From: Eledone cirrhosa
Taxonomy: Eukaryota
DNA: 64,000 bases
Direction: 5' to 3'
Assembly (NCBI GenBank): GCA_964016885.1
Contig: OZ024741.1
Coordinates: forward strand, 381,424,001-381,488,000
Every line of letters starts with the position of its first letter. Position 1 is the first letter of the stretch. Both the position numbers and the translations under genes were made by a program. This document shows positions 53,006-64,000 of the stretch, in pieces. The notes under the pieces are model-generated. The model had not been told where the DNA came from. It searched no databases and worked only from the letters and a program-made list of their open reading frames with translations.

Positions 53006-54479
53006 AAGTATGTATACGTACATACATATATGTATACAGACGTACAGTAGTATGTATATATATATACATACATGCACACATATATATATGTACGTATGGA
53101 TTCACCAAACATTTATTATAATCCTCGGTGTGTTTGTAAACAAACATCCCGTATAAAGCCGCAGTGGCTAGCAACCATCGTTGCTCGTTTGTTCAACACT
53201 GACAAAGGAACGCTGTACTAGTTTCAAGCTTGTTAGCTATCGTCAGCAACGTATACCGTCTGCCAGATTGTTGAACGTCCGAAAGTATATACTTTCCATA
53301 TTAACGGTTGAGTAGCCCAATTTGCATATCGAGTGGGTTAATCGGCCGGGTGCACCGAAAACGATAAACGGAAAAAATGAAACGAAATTTCATTTCCCAC
53401 TCTTAGTACGGCTGTTACTTAAATTTAAGTATGTATACGTACATACATATATGTATACAGACGTACAGTAGTATGTATATATATATACATGCACACACAT
53501 ATATATATGTACGTATGGATTCACCAAACATTTATTATAATGCTCGGTGTGTTTGTAAACAAATATCCCGTATAAAGCCGCAGTGTCTAACAACCACCGT
53601 TGCTCGTTTGTTCAACACTGACAAAGGAACAAATACCCGCTTGATTAACCCACTCGATATGCAAATTGGGCTACTCAGCCGTTAATATACACAAGGAAAG
53701 TATATACTTTCGGACGTTCAACAATCTGGCAGGAAGGTATACGTTGCTGACGATAGCTAACAAGGTTGAAACTGGTACAGCGTTCCTTTGTCAGTGTTGA
53801 ACAAACGAACAACGGTGGTTGCTAGACACTGCGGCTTTATATGGGATGTTTGTTTACAAAAACACCGAGCATTATAATAAATGTTTGGTCAATCCATACG
53901 TACATATATATATATATATGTGTGCATGTATGTATATATATATATACATACTACTGTACGTCTGTATACATATATGTATGTACGTATACATACTTAAATT
54001 TAAGTAACAGCCGTACTAAGAGTGGGAAATGAAATTTCGTTTCATTTTTTCCGTTTATCGTTTTCGGTGCACCCGGCCGATTAACCCACTCGATATGCAA
54101 ATTGAGCTACTCAGTCGTTAATATGCATCAGTAAGTATATACTTTCGGACGTTCAACAATCTGGCAGACGGTATACGTTGCTGACGATAGCTAACAAGCT
54201 TGAAACTAGTACAGCGTTCCTTTGTCAGTGTTGAACAAACGAGCAACGATGGTTGCTGGACACTACGGCTTTATACGGGATGTTTGTTTACAAACACACC
54301 GAGCATTATAATAAATGGTTGGTGAATTCACACGTACATATATATATGTGTGCATGTATGTATATATATATACATACTACTGTACGTCGGTATACCTATA
54401 TGCATGTACGTATACATACTTAGATTTAAGTAACAGCCGTACTAAGCGTGGGAAATTTCATTTCATTTCCTTTTTTCCG

Positions 54480-54481
<2 letters not shown>
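53006..54481. mobile_element. ORF-less ~430-nt tandem repeat with one type I hammerhead per unit (retrozyme-like); ~1.5 units on - then ~2 units on +
   Basis: HHRs at 53210-53252 (-), 53741-53783 (+) and 54175-54217 (+), with a 434-nt period on +. (TA)n flanks. Confidence 0.8.
54151..54236 (+). ncRNA. Type I hammerhead ribozyme with an extended stem I
   Basis: GTTCAACA..CTGGCAGA..ACGTTG-CTGACGA-T-AGC-TAACAA-GCT-T-GAAA-CTAG-TA-CAGCGT..TTTGTCAG-TGTTGAAC. Confidence 0.78.
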
Positions 54482-54520
<39 letters not shown>

Positions 54521-54529
54521 TTATATGTG

Positions 54530-54581
<52 letters not shown>

Positions 54582-54767
54582 TGTCCGTACACAGTACAAT
54601 GTAAATGGAAACTATATAAATATACATAAAGTTTACAGAGACATGTAAACATGTATTTCTCCGTAGGACGAACATTCGTAATTAATTTTCAACATTCATT
54701 TAGGCCTCTTCAAAATATGTGTATATCAGCTAAGCTCTCAAACGGAAGTATATAAATGATGGACATA

Positions 54768-54954
54768 TAATTGTTTCTACTTTTAGCACAAGACCAGCAA
54801 TTACCCAGTGTATGACTGGTACTTTATTTTATCGACCCCGTTAGGATGAAAGGCAAAGTTAACCTCGGCTGGATTTGAACTCAGTATGGCAAGGGCCGTA
54901 ACTCAATGCGTCAAATCATGGTGTCCGACCCTCTACTGATACTGCCAATCCACC
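54768..54954 (-). mobile_element. tRNA-derived SINE, near full length
   Basis: A box, B box, core and tail on the reverse strand. Confidence 0.85.
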
Positions 54955-55791
54955 ATGCAAAACCAATATTGTAATAACTACGAAATGGACATATTAATGA
55001 ACATATTAATGCACTCATGTTTTTGTGCGCTACCTGTGCATAAGCAGTACAGGTCTTTCCAAGTCTGCATGAATGGGGATATAAATTAAAATTAAATAAT
55101 TAGACATATAAACCTGTCATATACATGTGGGTTTCTAACAATAACAGAAATATATATTCTCTGGTAGTTTATTCTTCTAGTGTTTTTCATTATACATTTA
55201 ATCTCAAACCAATCACACTGTAATAAACCAAACTAGTTTGCATATTTTACAGGCACTAGTATGCCATTCACTACATGGTTTGTTATGAAAGCCTAAATCT
55301 TTGCGAATCATTTATATCTATTTTGTAAATTCTTCACGGGAATGAAATATATGAGGTGATAAACTATATAGCTTTAAATAATGACTTTCTTTCAATGTTT
55401 TGCCAATCTTAATTGATCTGATTCAACAGTAATATTTGTTCTAAACGATAACTACTTTCTTATGATAAATGCCTATAATTTCCATTTCGTTATTTAAAAC
55501 TATATTAATTGACTAGCCGATCTTTTTGATTTTTATTAAAATACAACTGATTCTTAATGTTTTTTTTAGGAAAAGTAATCAATGTTTAAGGACTATATCT
55601 AAATATAATTATGTTTTCTCAGTAAGAAAATAACTATAGCGATATAAAAGAAATTGATATCAATTTAGTTGTTATAAAGGGGTTTAGTGTAATGTATTTC
55701 TTAGTTAATTTAACTGTGGTATCTAATAGATGGAATTATATATATTTATAATTAAAAAGAAAACAACACAACAAACAATACTGTAGAGCCA

Positions 55792-55948
<157 letters not shown>

Positions 55949-56120
55949 AGTTTAACACTTGCTATAATATTAACGTTTCAGACGCTAGTAATTTCTCAGA
56001 AGATAGAATGAGAAAGAAGAAATTGAAAGATAGAGGAGAGAGAGAAGTGGAAGAAATGGCCCAAACTTTTCGAGGTGGAGAAAAAAAAAACGTGTACTCT
56101 GACAGCCGTATATATATATA

Positions 56121-56761
56121 TGGAAAAGAATGAAACGAAATTTCATTTCTCACTCTTAGTACGGCTGGTACTTAAATGTAAGTATGTTTATACGTACATA
56201 CATACATGTATACAGACTTACAGTAATATGTATATATATACATACATGCACATATATATATATATATATGTACGTATGGGTTTACACAACATTCATTATA
56301 ATGCTCGGTTTATTTGTAAACAAACAGCCCGAATTACGCTGTACAGTGTTCAGGCAACCAGCGTAACCTTTTTTTTCAACACTGACACAGGAACGATGTA
56401 CTAGTTTCAAGCTTATTAGCTATCGTCAGCATCGTATACCTTTCTGTCAGATGGTTGAACGTCTGAAAGTATATATTTTCTTTATGCATGAGCAGCCTAA
56501 TTTGCATATCGAGTGAGTTAGTCGGCCGGGCGCACCGAAAATGATAAATGGAAAAGAATGAAACGAAATTTCATTTCTCACTCTTATTACCGCTGGTACT
56601 TAAATGCTCAGCCGTTAATATGCATTAGGAAAGTATATACTTTCAGACGTTCAACCATCTGATAGAAAGGTCTACGATGCTGACGATAGCTAATAAGCTT
56701 GAAACTAGTACATCATTACTGTGTCAGTGTTGAACAAAAAGGTGACGATGGTTGCCTGAAC
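56121..56761. mobile_element. Second, diverged locus of the HHR tandem-repeat family
   Basis: ~1.1 units on - (HHR 56393-56435) and a partial unit on + (HHR 56674-56716). (TA)n flanks. Confidence 0.78.
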
Positions 56762-56879
<118 letters not shown>

Positions 56880-56883
56880 AAAT

Positions 56884-57322
56884 AATTAAGTCAAATATTT
56901 AAAATGTGGCTTAGTTTATTTAAAGATGTACTGCTATATATATTTCGGTGACAGCCATCATTGGCTGTGGACCTCTTCAGGCAGTCCGAAATTGGTGTGG
57001 TAGAGACAGGTACACATGTTGTTAAAGTGTTTTACTCCGTCAATACTCCGATATGTCCAGCTCCTGGTTGGGTTGTTATTTCGCTGAGGAACTGGAATCA
57101 TATATGATTCGGACTGCCTGAAGAAGTCACAACCAATGATGGCTGTCACCGAAATATATATAGCAGTACATCTTTAAATAAACGAAGCCAAATTTTAAAT
57201 ATTTGACTTAATTACTTTAATTTACATTACTCCGGAGTAACCAAACCTATCTGCGTACCTCGTCGAGTGCTCCAATCTGCATACTGAGGTGTCGGTAAAC
57301 AACCAACATATACTCAAAATTT
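56884..57322. mobile_element. Fold-back PLE-type terminus with HHRs (56930-56985 -, 57113-57167 +)
   Basis: Arms ~56884-56990 and ~57108-57214. ACTGC-CTGAAGA-GGTCC-ACAGCCA-ATGA-TGGCTGT-CACC-GAAA-TATA-TA-TA-GCAGT. Confidence 0.75.
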
Positions 57323-57325
57323 ATA

Positions 57326-58278
57326 TATATATATCCAAAATTAAAATTAAGGGTTGTCATGTCTGAGAGACATGCGCCATATCCACCCCTAGAATAAGCC
57401 TAAAGATTAGATCCGAGCATTACATATCAACTAGAAATAGATTGACGTATATATATATATAAAATAAATACATGAAACAATCACATGGAATAATTTGTAA
57501 TGAATGTAGGCACACATAGCTAGGTAGGTAACTAATTAAAGTTTGACTAGAACTTCAAATATAGATACCTTTTAAAATGATTAATCTCCTTTATATATAT
57601 TTCTTTAAGTAAGAAATATATTTCACCTATTAATCCGTAAATCACAGCAGTTAAATTCTTGGATGATCACCAAAGGTGAAGAAAAATAACCATCTCTGTT
57701 TACACAGCAAATGCAAATCTGCGAATGATACGAACCACGTGTTGCATTTTTTTAAAAATACACTCGTCGAACAACGTCATCCCAGTGGCGTGAATAGGAC
57801 CATCGACAGAAATAGCAGCCGATCCTATTCAATTGAATTAGCTCACCATTAAGGGGCCGTATATATATCCAAAATTAAAATTAAGGGTTGTCATGTCTGA
57901 GAGACATGCGCCACATCCAACGTAGAATAAGCTAAAAGATTAGATCCGAGCATTACATATCATTAAAAAAATGCAACACGTGGTTCGAATCATTCGCAGA
58001 TTTGCATTTGATTTGTAAACACACATGGTTATTTTTCTTCTCCTTTGGTGAACATCCAAGAATTTAACTGCTGTGATTTACGGATTAATAGGTGAAATAT
58101 ATTTCTTACTTAAAGAACTATATACAAAGGAGATTAATCATTTTAATATTTCAAGTTCTAGTCAAACTTTAATTAGTTACCTACCTAGCTATGTGTGCCT
58201 ACATCCTTTACAAATTATTTCCTGTGATTGTTTCGTGTATTTATTTCATATATGTATATGTCAATCTATTTCTAGTTG
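57326..58278. repeat. Composite rearrangement A-B-C-A-B(inverted)
   Basis: 57326-57429 is repeated directly at 57861-57962. 57430-57752 is repeated in inverted orientation at 57965-58278. Confidence 0.85.
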
Positions 58279-58279
58279 A

Positions 58280-58317
<38 letters not shown>

Positions 58318-58360
58318 CCTGTATGTCTGTGTGTTTGTATGTATGTGCATGCATATATAC

Positions 58361-58452
<92 letters not shown>

Positions 58453-59701
58453 ATAGAGAAAGCGGACGAGAGAGAGACAATGAAAGACATAGTTTTGCAT
58501 ATAAGAAGAGAAAATAAAGTATTAAATACAAAATGTGGAATGATATCTTCACTAAATATATTCACTAAAATGTTTCATAAATCGTCATATTTTGGAAGAG
58601 ATGTCAATGTCGGTTGACTGAAAATAAAAACAGAAAGAAGAGACAATTTGAAATTTAAAATTTATTGGCAAATATAGCTCTGAATATAGCAAATTAAAAG
58701 GAATTAAATTGTAGATATGTGGCATTAATGTATAAGCGTATGAATAAATAGAGAGAAAATAGTAAAGAATACTATTCTCACAAGTGATGAAAATTAGTGC
58801 TGTGACGTAAATCATATATCCACGCTTAAAAAAACATAAAGAGGTATATGCCAGATTTATCTGGTTACACCTGGAGAATTAAGGATAAAGGAGTTGTCAG
58901 TTTGTGATAGATTCGTCAATCATTAAGCAATATGTTTCATTATACACAAAAAAAAAAAACAGACGATGTAATCTTTTAAGACAATGTCTATTAGATATGA
59001 TCAATATTCTGAACAAAAATACATCACTGCTTATAATTCATGTAATCAATCTAGTAAATATTTCTTAAATATTTTATAAAAGCTACCGGTTAATTACCTC
59101 TATTTTCAGGGTTATAGCATACATCTTGATTTATATTCATGTAGTCTATCTCTCTCGGGTCAATTCATTTAATTTCTAATTCTACGTAAACACACGTCTT
59201 CTTACTTTTGCGTGTAATAAAGTGAACGTAATTTAATCTATGTAGATAATTCTAAATATATGTCAATATTTATTTCCCTTCTCGTAAATAACTTTCCTTA
59301 TAAACCTATACACTTATTAACATCTTTTTTATTTTCATTAGAAGAATGTTGTTTATAAATATGTTTGAAAAATAACGACTTCCATTCGACTTTTATAGCA
59401 ATCACACTTTATTTTTGTCCAGAATTTGAAAGTTCCCATAGATTTTATACACATTCATAAGACGTTGTTTTCGTTTAAATAAATAAATGCATGGCAATTG
59501 AAATCAACCCAGAAAAAAAGCAGAAAATAATACAGATACACACATACATATACAAATAGGCATACGAACACAGATACACACATACATATACAAATAGGCA
59601 TACGAACAGATACACACACACACGGACCCATACACGCATGAGACTAATGAAACTCCAGTCTTAACCATATTAAATAAAACAAAAAAGAAAAAATATATAT
59701 G

Positions 59702-59874
<173 letters not shown>

Positions 59875-59892
59875 TGTATATATATATATATA

Positions 59893-59922
<30 letters not shown>

Positions 59923-59923
<1 letters not shown>

Positions 59924-60301
59924 AGAAAGTGAGGGTTTATTTACAAGTTGAAAAATAACCGAGGTGTCCTACACGAGTGAAAGTATAAAGAAAAAGAGAT
60001 GAAAACGTAAATGCAACTGGAGTCTTATTTAAAAAAAATATATATATATTTATTTGGTTCCTTTACCGGTTTCGCAGTTCTTCTGCTTTGCAAAAGGTGA
60101 GTTGAGATGGAGGGTCTGTGGTTTTTCTCACATCTGTGAGAAAAGCCATGTGAGAAAAATGTGAGAAAAACCACAGACCCTCCATCGCAAATCACCTTTT
60201 GAAAAGCAGAAGAACTGCGAAACCGGTAAAGGAACCAAATAAATATATATATTTAAAAAAAAAATAAGACTCCAGTTCCATTTTCGATTTCATCTCTTTT
60301 T

Positions 60302-60305
<4 letters not shown>
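59923..60305. mobile_element. Fold-back copy of the U3-A8 HHR terminal repeat
   Basis: Same family as 940-1292 in mirror orientation. HHR at 60195-60232 (+) and 60060-60097 (-). Confidence 0.78.
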
Positions 60306-60371
<66 letters not shown>

Positions 60372-60396
60372 ATGTGCAAATGAAACCGTCTTTCTT

Positions 60397-60915
60397 CTTT
60401 ATAGTATGAAGCTGACGGCCGTATGTAACAAACTTTCGCGGCAAGCCGCTGGACCAAACGGCACCAAATTTGGACCATAGGTGTAACTTTTTCCAAATAA
60501 GAAAGTCAGGGTATTTTTGTTTACTGAATTTTATTAAAAGATTAAAGACATTATTTAAATATTGACGTCTTTAAAATTTTCAAATGTCAAAACTTCCGGT
60601 TATACGACATTCCTAACGTCTTCCCGAACATAGGTATCATCTACCTGTTTTCTTTCGGTTGCACCGTTTTCGAAATATTTACTTCTGCGTTCACAGATTA
60701 ATTTGTTTAGTTTCAGATGATCCCGTTAACGGTGAAAGCAGCGATTCTTTGCTTAAACATTAATCTGTTATTTTAATATATATATATAATTATATATTCG
60801 TGTACAGATATTTTTGGATACAAAAAATAAAATATAAACAAACGTATTCATTTCACGAAAGCACAGACGGCTCATCGTCATTGTTACTGCCGATATGCCA
60901 CCCAAAAGTGCATAC

Positions 60916-60946
<31 letters not shown>

Positions 60947-62170
60947 CATACATACATACATACATACATACATACATACATACATACATACATACATTGC
61001 CTGGCCGCAAGATCAGATTATCCAGATGAAAAAATGTTACTAGAGCAACAGAGACTAAGCTTCGCGATTACCATCAACAAAGCTCAGGGTCAAACTCTAA
61101 AAGTGACTGGCCTTCATCTGGGAAAAGCATGGTAAGTAGGATGCTCTAGATTGAGCTCGCCCAAACAATCTTTTCATCTTTGCTCCCGAGGGCCGAACAA
61201 GAAATATTGTTTAGTCTGAGGCTCTAACAATGGAATTTGTGTATTTTCTGTTACTTGGAATTTCTATTATGGTTGTACAAATTATTGTAAAGTTTGTTAA
61301 AAAATGTGTTCTCTGTTCAACCTTTATTGTTGTAATTACCAATTTTCTTTAACGTACTGGCTGAGAAAAGAAACCTACAATGAAAGACCATCTTAAAGTG
61401 TACCCAAGCAAAATTTTGTATTTATTAACATTTCTATCTGCAGGTTTTTATCAAGCTTACTGGCGCTTTAGTATGGTATTCAATTCTCATATAGTTCTTG
61501 ATTGATATGGTGCATATATCGCAGCTATTCATATGTTTTAAACATTAGATAACGATTGCTGATGTATATTGTACGACGGAATTAGCTAAAAAATATTTTG
61601 AATGAACAAGTAAAAGAGATATAAAAGAGAGATGTTTGTTGGTTGGTCCCTTCGCGTATGACACGAAAAAAACGAAAGTATGTACATGATTGGGATAAGA
61701 GTATATCCAGGAAAGTTTATTGATACTAATTTTATAACACCAAAGAAGAAGAAAGATATACCACGTATGCTAACTAACTTGACTGTTATCTCTAGCAGGT
61801 TAGGAATCAAACATAAGGGAGTCTCTGTGCGAGTTCTTTGTCAGTGATGATCGTGTTTCGCGGCCTATGTCTCCGATTCCAATGGTGGTTTACATACATA
61901 CTCACACGCACACGCACACCCACACGCATTTGTACACGCAAACATACGAACCCTCACACAGGCACACACACACACATATATATATACACACACACGAACA
62001 CTCATACACACACATATATATACACAAACACACAAACATACATACACACACACAAACACGAATACACACACACTGTAAACAAGACAATGCAATCAATACA
62101 GATGTTTTCTCTTCTGCCGGCCTTCTCTTATCATTTGTTAACCTTGGCGAAGCTGGGTACCTCAGCTAGT
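60397..62170 (+). mobile_element. Helitron-like element with a PIF1-type helicase C-terminal remnant
   Basis: 61052-61226 reads RLSFAITINKAQGQTL, VGCSR, TRNIV*SEAL. 3' end CCTTGGCGAAGCTGGGTACCTCAGCTAG|T. The 5' boundary is uncertain. Confidence 0.65.
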
Positions 62171-62192
62171 TATATATATATATATATATATA

Positions 62193-62369
62193 TCTTGTGA
62201 CGCTAAACTCCGCCAGTTGCAGACTGCGCATTAACATGTGATCTCTCTCTCCACAAAGTTCGATCACCAGCAGCAGAGTTCAAAGAGTAAAGATTAAGTT
62301 CAGTACATAAATTGACATTATCAACCCATCGTTTTGGCTGTCGGCCTATGCTTCTCTTACGAGCCTACC
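62193..62369 (-). mobile_element. RTE-clade LINE 3' end
   Basis: ARKRSIGRQPKRWVDNV..DRTLW. Homolog of 1-149. Confidence 0.7.
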
Positions 62370-62471
62370 TATATGTTTATATATATATACGTATGTACAT
62401 ACATGCATATATACAAACGTACATACGTGCATACATACATACATACATACATACATACATACATACATACA

Positions 62472-62502
<31 letters not shown>

Positions 62503-62525
62503 TTACATACATACATACATACATA

Positions 62526-62935
62526 GTGGCTGCCAACTCGTTTTCGCGTACGGCCACTACTTTATATCCATGTAGGAGAACCCCTACCGATGCACTGAAC
62601 GAGTGTGAGTTTTTAGTCCAGCCAGCGACTTGAAAACTCTGGTACAAACACTACACTTGCGACAATTATTGACACATAGTGCTGGGCCCATGGTACCATG
62701 TGACGACAAGTGCAGAGAGATCTCCAGATATAAAGCAATGCCTGTGCCGTGAAACTTTTATAGTGAGCAAAGGCACTGCACAAAGCCAGTCCCACTCTCT
62801 TAACCAAGATGATATTTACCAAAAGGAAGAACAAGTCAACATCATTGGATATCATCAGGGTTTCAGGTGTTATATCAGAGTTTTCCTTCTCCTAGAATTC
62901 CGCGTTGACAAAGGCTAAGGGGTCATCTCTCCCGG
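62526..62935 (-). mobile_element. Third copy of the RTE-derived bipartite element, 5'-shortened
   Basis: Reverse complement of 41544-41954 with a (TATG)n tail. Confidence 0.8.
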
Positions 62936-63059
62936 ACATACATACATATATACTTTCGTACACACACACATATATATTCCAGGGAGGGTGGTGTAATCAG
63001 AGTCCTCAAGCACGCTTCCAGCGGCACCTTTCAGAAACTTTTGTAGTAATACCCTCATC

Positions 63060-64000
<941 letters not shown>

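Noticed and set aside
58065-58115. Possible hammerhead in the inverted B segment
   Set aside because: GAAATATAT is present but there is no intact CUGANGA box or clear stem I.

Overview
This is an AT-rich, microsatellite-dense eukaryotic window made almost entirely of transposable elements. The tRNA-derived SINE family and the dense (TA)n/(CA)n/(TAA)n tracts suggest an octopus or other cephalopod (inference). I could not support any host gene, rRNA, tRNA or CRISPR array. Main contents: (1) two head-to-tail stacks of R4/Dong-clade non-LTR retrotransposons (RT + CCHC + restriction-like endonuclease) in (TAA)n tracts at 7388-19790 (+) and 29631-33957 (-), including one intact 1130-aa ORF; (2) an apparently full-length CR1/L2-group LINE at 44691-49910, with an adjacent empty-site paralog and a candidate -1 frameshift signal; (3) two Penelope-like (PLE) RT/GIY-YIG remnants and many fold-back PLE termini with minimal hammerhead ribozyme (HHR) motifs, including a U3-A8 core variant; (4) an ORF-less ~430-nt tandem repeat with one type I HHR per unit (retrozyme-like); (5) RTE-derived bipartite non-autonomous elements whose 5' head occurs in two orientations; (6) Tc1/mariner, Helitron and RTE remnants and about 10 SINEs. 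Alignments and RNA pairings were done by eye, so boundaries are approximate.
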